DNA of 64,000 bases, taken from NCBI GenBank assembly GCA_017608045.1, contig JAFCGN010000002.1:24596-88595 (forward strand). Reading direction: 5' to 3'. Of this stretch, positions 21,121-29,835 are shown in pieces. Position numbers and translations under genes: made by a program. The notes beneath the pieces were generated by a model, which saw only the letters and a program-made list of their open reading frames with translations, was not told where the DNA came from and did not search any database. The DNA comes from Candidatus Parvarchaeota archaeon. Its GTDB lineage: Archaea > Nanobdellota > Nanobdellia > JAFCGN01. Every line of letters starts with the position of its first letter. Position 1 is the stretch's first letter.

Positions 21121-21567
21121 TTAAATTATTTGTATCTCAAAAAAATCAAGCTCCTCATTCATGTTTACGTATTTATTAACAAACAAAAATCTTAATTTAT
21201 AATTTCCTCTTTCAATATTTGTTATGCTTCCTTCAATGATTGTTGGACAAACACACCTTGTTACTTCTTTGGCATTAAATACTTCTCTTATTAAGAGTTC
21301 ATTATTTTTTTTAGAATATTTCAGTTTGAAATTGTCATTATTTGCATTGCAATAAAGCATGAGTGTTTGGTTAAAAATAATTGAATTATTTTTTGTTTGC
21401 ACATTGATTAAGTTAATGTCTTCACTGCTTTTATTACACGGATAAATTTTGTAAGAAAAATCTTGATTCACAAAAGGATTGAAATTTTTAAAATTAGTAA
21501 TTGCTAAAAAATAACTCAGGATTGTAAAAAAAAGAGCAAGAATGAGCAACACATACTTTTTTCTCAT
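21121..21567 (-). CDS. hypothetical secreted or membrane-anchored protein
   Basis: N-terminal hydrophobic segment (YVLLILALFFTILSYFLAI). Confidence 0.4.
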   Translation of the reverse strand: MRKKYVLLILALFFTILSYFLAITNFKNFNPFVNQDFSYKIYPCNKSSEDINLINVQTKNNSIIFNQTLMLYCNANNDNFKLKYSKKNNELLIREVFNAKEVTRCVCPTIIEGSITNIERGNYKLRFLFVNKYVNMNEELDFFEIQII

Positions 21568-21666
21568 AAATATAAAATAAGTTCAAGTAAATTAAAAAAT
21601 GTTTGCTTAATGCTTAGTTTTTGAACAAATTTTTAAAGGGAAAAAACTTTTTTTAAATAAAAAAAA

Positions 21667-21737
21667 GCGTCTGTCGTTCAGTGGCAGGATGCAAGCTTCC
21701 CAAGCTTGTGACCCGGGTTCAAATCCCGGCAGGCGCA
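21667..21737 (+). tRNA. tRNA-Gly (CCC)
   Basis: Cloverleaf with acceptor GCGUCUG/CAGGCGC, anticodon stem CAAGC/GCUUG with loop UUCCCAA, T-arm CCGGG-UUCAAAU-CCCGG, and discriminator A. Confidence 0.85.
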
Positions 21738-21765
21738 TTTCAGAAAAAATTGATGTGAAAAACAA

Positions 21766-21999
21766 ATGAAAAATAAAAAAAACATTAAAAAAATTACAAA
21801 AAACACAACTTTAGCAGAAATTTTAGATTTTCCTGGAACAAGTGAAATACTAATAAAATATAATGTGCCTTGTTTGTCTTGTCCATTAGCAAGGTTTGAA
21901 CTTAGCATGTTAAGACTTTCAGATATTTGCAATAAGTATTCAATTAATATTGAAGAATTGTTAAAAGAGTTAAATAAAAACATTAAATCACATGATTGA
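21766..21999 (+). CDS. small CxxC protein (DUF1858-like)
   Basis: The 77-aa product has AEILDFPGTSEILIKYNVPCLSCPLA and sits between two tRNA genes. The overlapping minus ORF 21678..22046 crosses the tRNA and is likely spurious. Confidence 0.4.
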   Translation: MKNKKNIKKITKNTTLAEILDFPGTSEILIKYNVPCLSCPLARFELSMLRLSDICNKYSINIEELLKELNKNIKSHD

Positions 22000-22068
22000 G
22001 CGCATTGTTTTATTAAAACAATTTTTAGCAAAACTTTTAAAAGCAAAATCTTAATTCATTTTAGAAAC

Positions 22069-22176
22069 GCTCCCGTAGTCTAGCGGCCAAGGATTCCGGC
22101 CTTTCGACATCAGAACCTCCAGCGGGTTCGTAATGAGAGAAAGCCGGCGACCCGGGTTCAAATCCCGGCGGGAGCA
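22069..22176 (+). tRNA. tRNA-Glu (UUC) with a roughly 35-nt intron at the canonical 37/38 site
   Basis: Acceptor GCUCCCG/CGGGAGC, anticodon stem CCGGC/GCCGG enclosing the loop CUUUCG|intron|A, T-arm CCGGG-UUCAAAU-CCCGG, 108 nt in total. A TATA-like TTTTAAAA lies at about -27. Confidence 0.8.
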
Positions 22177-22415
22177 TGCATCAAACACTGCAATCACAAA
22201 TAACTCACTAATGATTACAATTTTTGAGTTGAGTGCCAGAACTCACAATTAAACCCAATGTTATAAATTATTTCTTAATATTAAACCAAAATCTTTTTTA
22301 TTAATAGTTTCATTGCATTTCTTTAATTTTAGTTTATTTAAAAATACTTTTTTTAAATTATTTAAGCATAAATAAGTAAATTGGGAAAAAATATAAACTC
22401 TTTTTTGTTTAAATC

Positions 22416-23111
22416 TTGATAATGTTAAATGAGTTAAGGCATCTTGGAATCATTGTTGATGGAAACAGAAGGTGGGCTAAAAAGAGAGGTCTGCCTGCTT
22501 TTAAAGGACATGAGGAAGGTGCTAAAACTTTAGAAAAAATTCTTAAAAAACTTAAAGAAACAAGTATTAAAGTTGTTTCTTTATATGTTTGGAGTTTAAA
22601 AAATCATGAGAAAAGAAGTGTTATGGAGAGAAAAAAAATTTTTCAATTGTTACGAGTTTTTTTTAATAAACTTTTAAAAACATTGGAAAAAGAAAAAATA
22701 AAAGTTGTTTTTTCAGGAAGATGGCAAGAAACTGAAATGAAGGATTTCATTAAAAATATTTTAGATAAGACAAAAAATTTTGAGAATAAAATAATAAATT
22801 TTTGCTTTATGTATGATGGTCAAACAGAAATTGTTGATGCTGTTAAGAAAATTATTTCTAAGAACATTCCAAAAGAGAGTATAACAGAAGAAGTAATTAA
22901 AGAAAATCTTTACACTAAGAATTTACCACCTCTTGATTTAATAATACGAACTGGAATGGAGGATGGTAAGAGATTAAGCGGTTTTTTATTATGGGATTCA
23001 AGTTATGCTGAATTTATATTCCATAACACATATTGGCCTGATTATACAGAAGAAATGCTTATAAAAGATATAGAAGAGTTTAATAGAAGAAAAAGGCGTA
23101 TGGGAGAATGA
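22416..23111 (+). CDS. uppS: undecaprenyl-diphosphate synthase family cis-prenyltransferase
   Basis: GIIVDGNRRWAKKRGLP and later conserved RTG / ER...LW blocks. Confidence 0.8.
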   Translation: MIMLNELRHLGIIVDGNRRWAKKRGLPAFKGHEEGAKTLEKILKKLKETSIKVVSLYVWSLKNHEKRSVMERKKIFQLLRVFFNKLLKTLEKEKIKVVFSGRWQETEMKDFIKNILDKTKNFENKIINFCFMYDGQTEIVDAVKKIISKNIPKESITEEVIKENLYTKNLPPLDLIIRTGMEDGKRLSGFLLWDSSYAEFIFHNTYWPDYTEEMLIKDIEEFNRRKRRMGE

Positions 23112-24199
23112 AAATTGGTATTGTTGGTGCTGGTCCTCTTGGTTCTTTTGCTGCCTGGAAGTTCGGCAAAAACAATGATATTACTTTGTTTGAACAAAAG
23201 AAAAAAATAACAAGCAAACATTCTGGGATTTTCAGCACTGATATTCTGAATTATTACAAGCCTCCAAAAAATATTATTTTAAATAAAGTTAAAGGAGCTG
23301 TTTTAAAAATAAATAATAAAGAAGCAATTATTAAAGACAAGAAGATAAGAGCAATTGTAGTTAATAGTCAAAAGTTTGACGAAAATTTATTCAATGAAGC
23401 AAAAAAAGTTTCTTTGTATAAAAATGAAAAAATTGAAAAAGTTGATTTAATAGGGAAGAGTGTAAGATTAAATAATCATTCTTTTGATTTTGTTATTGGA
23501 GCTGACGGCCCTTTTTCCAAGTTATCTGAAAATTTGGGCATAAGGCAAAAAAATATTTTTTATGGGCTTGAAACAATAGCGGATTGTAATTTTTTTGATA
23601 AAAAATTGGTTGAACTTTATTTTGAAAAAAAATTTTCAGATTTTTTTGCTTGGATAATCCCTTTAAATGATTCAGAAGCGAAAATAGGCGTTATCTGTAA
23701 AACACATGCACAAAAAAAGTTTTCTAATTTTTTGAAATTTCTTCAAATCAAAAAACACAGGAAAATAATTGGAGGTGCAATACCTATTGGTTTTTATGAA
23801 AACTTTATTTTTGAAAGGCTTGTTTTAATAGGAGATGCAGCAGGCCAAGTAAAGAGCACTACAGGCGGGGGCATAACTCTTGGAATGAAATCTGTGAATT
23901 TATTGTTTAAATTGCTGAAAAATCAACAATATTGCTTATCAAAAAAGTGTTTGGTTAAGAATTATTATCCTGTATGGAAAAAAGAAATAGGAAAAGAATT
24001 ATGGCTTCATTGGAGAATAAGAAAATTTTTGAACAAATTAAATGACAGGGATTATGAAGAACTTATAGAGTTAGCAAATACTCTTTCAAAAAGAATAATT
24101 AAATTTGGTGATATGGATTATCCTTCAAAATTTTTGATTAAAGTTCTTGATTTAAATACGTGTTTATTTTTATTAAAGAATTTTTGGAAATTATTTTAA
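23108..24199 (+). CDS. geranylgeranyl reductase family FAD-dependent oxidoreductase
   Basis: N-terminal GIVGAGPLGSFAAW (FAD-binding GxGxxG) and GDAAGQVKSTTGGGI; it overlaps uppS by 4 nt in a lipid-synthesis operon. Confidence 0.75.
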   Translation: MKIGIVGAGPLGSFAAWKFGKNNDITLFEQKKKITSKHSGIFSTDILNYYKPPKNIILNKVKGAVLKINNKEAIIKDKKIRAIVVNSQKFDENLFNEAKKVSLYKNEKIEKVDLIGKSVRLNNHSFDFVIGADGPFSKLSENLGIRQKNIFYGLETIADCNFFDKKLVELYFEKKFSDFFAWIIPLNDSEAKIGVICKTHAQKKFSNFLKFLQIKKHRKIIGGAIPIGFYENFIFERLVLIGDAAGQVKSTTGGGITLGMKSVNLLFKLLKNQQYCLSKKCLVKNYYPVWKKEIGKELWLHWRIRKFLNKLNDRDYEELIELANTLSKRIIKFGDMDYPSKFLIKVLDLNTCLFLLKNFWKLF

Positions 24200-24229
24200 T
24201 TCATTTTTTTATTCTAACGCTAACAATTT
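24197..24229. repeat. 33-bp direct repeat, copy A (TAATTCATTTTTTTATTCTAACGCTAACAATTT)
   Basis: Identical to 27954..27986. It overlaps the TAA stop of the reductase gene and lies in a convergent intergenic gap. Confidence 0.9.
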
Positions 24230-24245
24230 CTGAGAGGAATAACTA

Positions 24246-24836
24246 TTAATTAAACTCTTCTTTAAGTTGTTTACTAATTATTTCAAAAAAAGGTTTTAAT
24301 ATCTTATTCAGTTCTTTTGCTTTTTTTCTTGCTTCTAAAGTATATAATTTGCTCTCCCTTTTTTTAATATGAACTCTCAAATGATTTATTATCCTCTCAG
24401 TGTTCCAACCGATTTGCGCTCGCTTCCATGTTTCTCTTATTAATCCAAGAGGCCCTGTTTTCTCTAAAGTATCAGCGTCATGAACGATTTTCGCTTCCAT
24501 TGTTTTTGCAGGAATCCTTCCATCATGTGATTCAATACAATGTAATATTTCACGTTGATCTTTATCACTCACTTGAATTCTTCTAAGAAAATTAATAACT
24601 CTCTCTTTATTCTCAAGAGTGCTACCTGTTATTGTTTTTTCCAAATTAGTATCATGAAGCCATGCTCCTGCTTCCACAATACTTAATTTAACATTATAAT
24701 TCCTTGCTAAATCCTTCGCTTTGTTAACAACACGGAATAAATGCCTGTTACCTCTTGACTTGCCTGCAAATGCTAAATCCCAATCTAACTTAATCGCAAA
24801 TTCTTTTATTTTCTTTAATTGTTCCTTATTTATCAT
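24246..24836 (-). CDS. HD-domain metal-dependent phosphohydrolase
   Basis: WLHD...HDADTL is the HD motif; 196 aa. Its start overlaps the upstream gene's stop by 4 nt. Confidence 0.7.
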   Translation of the reverse strand: MINKEQLKKIKEFAIKLDWDLAFAGKSRGNRHLFRVVNKAKDLARNYNVKLSIVEAGAWLHDTNLEKTITGSTLENKERVINFLRRIQVSDKDQREILHCIESHDGRIPAKTMEAKIVHDADTLEKTGPLGLIRETWKRAQIGWNTERIINHLRVHIKKRESKLYTLEARKKAKELNKILKPFFEIISKQLKEEFN

Positions 24837-26977
24837 CTTTTCTTACCACCTCCAAATAAGTATGGAATCCTGAAATGCCCTTCAATCTTGTTTGGTATGT
24901 GAGCTACGCTAGGCATGTATCCTTCTATAGCTATTATGTGTTGCTTATTTTTCCTTATGAAATCCATTATTTTATCCTCTTCACTCGTCAAGTTCTCATT
25001 TCCAAGGAATTCCATTTTAACAATGCATTCTTCATTCAATTCAATGCTTTTAAGATCATTTAAATCACATAAAGTGATCTTATTCGCATTAGCATTTATC
25101 TTAACACTTTCTGGAACTCCGTACTTAGGTCTTAATTGAGTTAAGTAAGTTCTTCCTTTATTATCTATTACGAATTCTATATCAATATCCCCAAAAACTC
25201 TGTGTAATGTACTTAAATCATTACTTAAATTTTCTAAGCTCGTACCTTTTAATAATTCCTCAATGGTTCCAGAAGATTTGTAATCTCCATTTCCAAGAAC
25301 CGCCTCCTCAGGGGTTTCAGCAAAGCTTACACCACACTCATTTTTTGTTAAATGAACAACGCCTCCTCTTCCATTAATTCTTTCTTGAATTATAACACTT
25401 ATACCAGGAAAGTGAGATAATTCGATATCCTCTCTGCTCTTAATTGCTTCTTGACTGAAATAACTCTTAACTACTTTTTTCATTGCATCATCCAAAGTAT
25501 TCCTTTCACATGACACAGATTCATATGTTCCTGAAAAGTTTGAAGTCCCGTCCTCCCCGTACATGCTTGATCGCACGATAATTTTGCTCCCTAGTAATTC
25601 TACTAAGTTTTCAGGAAGGTATTTCTTAAAGTTTATTCTATTTATTTTACTTAAGATTTGACATCTTCTTTCCTCATTAATAGAGAAAATATCCTCTCTA
25701 AGAATTTCAGTTACTCCCTCTTCCTCAAGAATTTTTTCCAAACCAACAGAAGATATTACAAATCCTCTTGGCACATCATACATTAATCCTAAAGCTTTCT
25801 TCGCATCATGTAATAATTTTAATCCTTTCCACTTACCCCCAACAAGCCCTGTGTAAAAAGAAGGGTCTTCTAAATCAAAAGTTAAGAATTTCTTCCTTTC
25901 ATTATTAATGCTATTAACTATCATTCGCTTAAGATTCTTGCTTCTTTCAATCAATTTTTCTTTATCCCCGATTTCCTCATCATCAATTAAAGTAGCGAGA
26001 GCTAATCCTTTAGGAGAAGTAGCATCACTTATCTCAGATAGTGTTTGTGCTATTTCTGAAGACTCTTCTAAGTGGTTTAATGCTTTTTTTGTTGGAACAC
26101 AAATACTATCATAAGTGCTCCCCTCAGAATCCTTCTGTTTTAACGCAAGAGGCATCCAATTATGAAATCTTATAAATGTATTGTAAAATTTTCCAATATC
26201 AAGGTTTGTTTCAAATACTGATGTTGATAATTCATTAATAAGTTTAAGAGCTTGTTGTAATTCGTTTTCTGATAACTTTCTTTCTTTTCCGAACACACTT
26301 CCTAATACATCAACAGCTCTATCAATTTGATGGTAATCCCTACCAATAATGGAAGATAATTTCAAGTAAACTTCTTTCAACTGAGTATCACTCAGTTCTT
26401 GCTTAAGTAAAGGAAGCGTGGTTTCTAAACTATCCAAACCACCCGCAATAAGTGATGAATTCTCACATGTATTAAAAGGATTATTCTCACCCCCTCCACC
26501 AACAAGTCCTTCAATGCAGTAAAAGTCTGCAAGCTGTTTCCAACACACTACAACCTTAGCTACATGATCCTCAAAACTATCTCCTTCTTGCATTCCTGCA
26601 AGAATATTATCATCTATGTAAACCCTTCCTAACAAGTAATCTAATACTTGTTTTGAAAACGCTGGACTTGAACGCATTTTATTAAAAACATTACTTACAA
26701 TGCTTCTTGCTTCACAATCTTTATCCAATTCATCCCTAAAAGAAGTTCCATTCTTCTCTGCTAATTGTAATAATTCATCAAATTTTTTCTTATTTCCAGT
26801 TATAGAGAAAGGCAAACTCAAATACTCAAATCTTTTAAAAACACCCCTTTTCTTACCACTTAATTCTATAAAAAATTCATCAAAATCTTTACTACCAAAA
26901 ACACCTCCTTCAGGAAGAATTCTCCTCATTTTATTATTACACACGATTTCCTCAAGTTTCGTAACCATTTTTACCAC
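24833..26977 (-). CDS. 714-aa protein with an unknown N-terminal half and a C-terminal PEP-utilising-enzyme ATP-grasp (PPDK_N-like) domain
   Basis: The C-terminal third has GGKWKGLKLLHDA...VPRGFVISS and IVRSSMYGEDGTSNFSGTYESV, matching the PPDK/PEP-synthase nucleotide-binding domain signatures (GGKxxNL...VPxGF and VRSSAxxEDxxxxSFAGQ). No phosphohistidine swivel domain follows. The N-terminal half of about 380 aa matches nothing recognisable. Confidence 0.6.
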   Translation of the reverse strand: MVKMVTKLEEIVCNNKMRRILPEGGVFGSKDFDEFFIELSGKKRGVFKRFEYLSLPFSITGNKKKFDELLQLAEKNGTSFRDELDKDCEARSIVSNVFNKMRSSPAFSKQVLDYLLGRVYIDDNILAGMQEGDSFEDHVAKVVVCWKQLADFYCIEGLVGGGGENNPFNTCENSSLIAGGLDSLETTLPLLKQELSDTQLKEVYLKLSSIIGRDYHQIDRAVDVLGSVFGKERKLSENELQQALKLINELSTSVFETNLDIGKFYNTFIRFHNWMPLALKQKDSEGSTYDSICVPTKKALNHLEESSEIAQTLSEISDATSPKGLALATLIDDEEIGDKEKLIERSKNLKRMIVNSINNERKKFLTFDLEDPSFYTGLVGGKWKGLKLLHDAKKALGLMYDVPRGFVISSVGLEKILEEEGVTEILREDIFSINEERRCQILSKINRINFKKYLPENLVELLGSKIIVRSSMYGEDGTSNFSGTYESVSCERNTLDDAMKKVVKSYFSQEAIKSREDIELSHFPGISVIIQERINGRGGVVHLTKNECGVSFAETPEEAVLGNGDYKSSGTIEELLKGTSLENLSNDLSTLHRVFGDIDIEFVIDNKGRTYLTQLRPKYGVPESVKINANANKITLCDLNDLKSIELNEECIVKMEFLGNENLTSEEDKIMDFIRKNKQHIIAIEGYMPSVAHIPNKIEGHFRIPYLFGGGKKR

Positions 26978-27089
26978 TGATAAGTTTAGATTAAATTAAA
27001 CATAAACTAAAACATCAATAAATATTTTTGGAACAAAATTCAAAAAACTAATCAAAAAACTTTTAAATTTTTGAATATTATTTAAATTT

Positions 27090-27539
27090 ATGAAAAATAT
27101 TAAAGAGAAACTTATTGAATTGCTTAAATTAGGATATTGCACTCCTCAGATTGCAAGAATAGCAAAAAAGATAAAAGAACCTTCAACCACAATACATTAT
27201 AACATAAAAAAGTTGGAGAAAGAAGGAGTAATTAAAACTTATAAAGCAGTTTTTGACTATAAGAAAATAGGTATTGAGTTTTGTTCGTATGTTCTAATTA
27301 ATCTTGCTCCTGAAGAATATTCTAATCCTGAAAGAATAGCTAGGGAATTAATTAAATTTCCTCAAATAGAGTGTATAGACATCGTCACTGGTGATTATGA
27401 ATTAATCCTTAAAATAAGAACAAAAAATATTGAAGAGTATTATGAATTTGTTAAGAATATTTTATCAAGAAAAGGGATTGTGAAGATTAAATCTCTTAAT
27501 TCTCTTAAACAAATTAAAAGTGAATTCATAGAAGTTTAA
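27090..27539 (+). CDS. Lrp/AsnC family transcriptional regulator
   Basis: An N-terminal HTH (CTPQIARIAKKIKEPSTTIHYNIKKLEKEGVIKTYKA) followed by an RAM domain (IEFCSYVLIN...). Confidence 0.75.
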   Translation: MKNIKEKLIELLKLGYCTPQIARIAKKIKEPSTTIHYNIKKLEKEGVIKTYKAVFDYKKIGIEFCSYVLINLAPEEYSNPERIARELIKFPQIECIDIVTGDYELILKIRTKNIEEYYEFVKNILSRKGIVKIKSLNSLKQIKSEFIEV

Positions 27540-27953
27540 AACATTTAATCCTCTAAAAACAAAAAGTTGTTGTTAAGGTTTTTATTTATTGTTTGTTCTT
27601 ATGGAGTTTTTTTAAGAATGAGAATTACAGTCTAATTACTTCTGAAGTGAGTAATGAAAAGAAAATTAAAAATAGTTCCTAAACTAAAGAAAACTGTTTG
27701 TTCTCATCTTTTATTCAATAAATAGAATAATAGTATGGTCAAGTGGGAACATATAATAAAACAGAATTCAAAGAATTTATGGAAAAAATCCAAAAAATTT
27801 AATGAATTAACATTCTGAAAACAAAATAGAGAAGATTAGTCAATAATTTTAAAAATAAAATTATTGATTTCATAATTAATTTGTGTCTACGCGTTTTGTT
27901 TAATTATAACATAATCCTCCCAAGTCATATCGTGGTTTAAATCATAGTAAGAG

Positions 27954-27986
27954 TAATTCATTTTTTTATTCTAACGCTAACAATTT
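27954..27986. repeat. 33-bp direct repeat, copy B
   Basis: A perfect copy of 24197..24229; it overlaps the TGA stop of the minus-strand oxidoreductase gene. Confidence 0.9.
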
Positions 27987-29802
27987 TTAAATTAGGTTCT
28001 TTGCTGAATGGGTCTAAAGATAATGGGATTAGTTTATTCACTAATGCATTATTAAAATGATAAGGCACAACAATAACTCCTTTTTTTATGTATTTATTAG
28101 ATTCAACAGTCAGGTTAATTTTTCCATTTTTTGAGATGATTGTTATTCTCTCTCCAGGAAGTATTCTTTCCTTTTTTAAATCTAAAGGATTCATGTATGC
28201 TCTTGCTTTATTTATTATTTTTGCAAGGGATTTGCAATTTATTGTCATTTCAGAAGTTGTGAAGTGATAAGGAAGTCTTTTTGTAGTAAGTAAATAAGGA
28301 AATTCTTTACTAATCTCATGTTCAACACATGTGTATTCAATTGGGAACAATTTTTTATATTTGATTTTTTTATTGCCAAAATCTCCTTCCTTTGTTTTCA
28401 ATTTTTCATATTTAATTTTTTTATACTGAATCACTTTTTTAATCATTTCTTTTGTTATTTCATCCAAAGTTTTATAAGATTTTAAACCAAATCCTTTAAG
28501 TAATTCATTAAAGATTATCCATTTTTCTTTTCCATAAATTGGGTTTAAAACTTTTTTAAAACTTCTTACTCTGCGTTCTGCATTTGTCATTGTGCCGCTT
28601 TCTTCAAAATGTGTTGCGCAAGGAAGAACAATGTCTGAAAATTTTAACATCAAATTTTTATGCGAACCAATGTAAATAACAAAGGTTTTTTTGAGTTTTT
28701 TATGAACAGTATTTAATTGAGGGAATGATTTTGCAATATTTGATTCTAAAACAACAGCGGTTTTTAACTTATTACTAAATAAAAGTTCTAAAAATGTTTC
28801 ATTTTTAGGGACAACACCAACATCACCGCATCCTTGAATATTATTTTTACCTCTCATTGGAATTAAAAAACCATTCTTTAATATTGAAAGATTGCTCAAT
28901 GCTAATGCATTTTTTGTTCCAAGAGTGTGTTGAACAAGTGCCATGCCAAAAAGAAAAGATGGTTTTCTTGATTTGCACAGTATTTCCGAAATTTTTTTTA
29001 ATTTCTTTTTATTTGTTCTGCAATTCTTTGATACAATACTTAATTCATAATTTTTTAGTGAAAGAACATATTTTTTAAAATCCTTATTTTTTTCTAATCT
29101 TTTATCAAACTTTTTAGATTTAATAATCTCTCTCGCTAAATAATTAAGTATTGGCAAGAATTCCCCGACATCAATTAAAAGGCATATATCTGCAAAATTG
29201 CTTGTAAAATTATAACTATCATAAATTAAAACAATTTTCGCACCTTTCTCTTTTGCCTTCAACACTCTTTCAAAAAGCACGGGATAATCAGATTTTGTGT
29301 CAGAACCAACAATGAATATAACATCTGATTTTTCAACATCATCCATTTTAGGACTCATTGCAGTTATTCCATAAGCAAGTCTCATTGCTCTTATACTACT
29401 TGCGTGACATAAAGAAGCGCTTGAATCAAGGTTTGCTTTTAACATTCCCGCTAACTTAACCAATAAATAATTTGCTTCATTGCTTGCACTTCCTGAACCA
29501 TAAAAACACAGATTTTCAGAAGGAGTTTCTTTTATTTTTTTAATAATTAAAGAATATGCTTTCCCCCAAGTTGTTGGAACTAATTTACCATTTTTTCTTA
29601 TAAGAGGTGTTTTTATTCTATTCTTTAATAAAAACTCATAAGATTTTAATCCTTTAATGCATGGCTTGCCTTTGCTTACTGGATCATTTTTTATGGGGGA
29701 AGCACTAATTATCTTATTATTTTTTACATAAAAATTTAATTTACAACCGCAACCGCAGAAAGGACAAATGGTTTCAAACGATTTCCTAACACTAATCACC
29801 AT
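27958..29802 (-). CDS. molybdopterin-dependent oxidoreductase, formate dehydrogenase-like catalytic subunit
   Basis: N-terminal CPFCGCGCKLNF (the 4Fe-4S Cx2Cx3C motif of the MopB family), followed by molybdopterin and MGD-binding domains; 614 aa. Confidence 0.65.
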   Translation of the reverse strand: MVISVRKSFETICPFCGCGCKLNFYVKNNKIISASPIKNDPVSKGKPCIKGLKSYEFLLKNRIKTPLIRKNGKLVPTTWGKAYSLIIKKIKETPSENLCFYGSGSASNEANYLLVKLAGMLKANLDSSASLCHASSIRAMRLAYGITAMSPKMDDVEKSDVIFIVGSDTKSDYPVLFERVLKAKEKGAKIVLIYDSYNFTSNFADICLLIDVGEFLPILNYLAREIIKSKKFDKRLEKNKDFKKYVLSLKNYELSIVSKNCRTNKKKLKKISEILCKSRKPSFLFGMALVQHTLGTKNALALSNLSILKNGFLIPMRGKNNIQGCGDVGVVPKNETFLELLFSNKLKTAVVLESNIAKSFPQLNTVHKKLKKTFVIYIGSHKNLMLKFSDIVLPCATHFEESGTMTNAERRVRSFKKVLNPIYGKEKWIIFNELLKGFGLKSYKTLDEITKEMIKKVIQYKKIKYEKLKTKEGDFGNKKIKYKKLFPIEYTCVEHEISKEFPYLLTTKRLPYHFTTSEMTINCKSLAKIINKARAYMNPLDLKKERILPGERITIISKNGKINLTVESNKYIKKGVIVVPYHFNNALVNKLIPLSLDPFSKEPNLKIVSVRIKK

Positions 29803-29835
29803 AAAAGTAATTACAATCTTTAAAATTAAAAGTGT

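Noticed and set aside
21678-22046. 122-aa minus-strand ORF
   Set aside because: It runs through the tRNA-Gly gene and is antisense to a better small ORF, so it is likely an artefact.
22177-22415. Possible C/D box sRNA in the tRNA-Glu downstream gap (CUAAUGAUUAC ... inverted ACUCAC/GAGUUGAGUG)
   Set aside because: The C box is imperfect (UGAUUA, not UGAUGA), and no convincing D box (CUGA) lies at the right spacing. This is not supportable from the sequence alone.
24197-24229. The 33-bp repeat considered simply as a shared oligo-T transcription terminator
   Set aside because: The T7 run could terminate the plus-strand reductase gene at copy A. At copy B, however, the adjacent gene is on the minus strand and sees an A-run. 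The Lrp gene ends 400 bp away, and 33 bp of perfect identity far exceeds what a terminator needs. The terminator idea is not fully excluded, but it is insufficient as the sole explanation.
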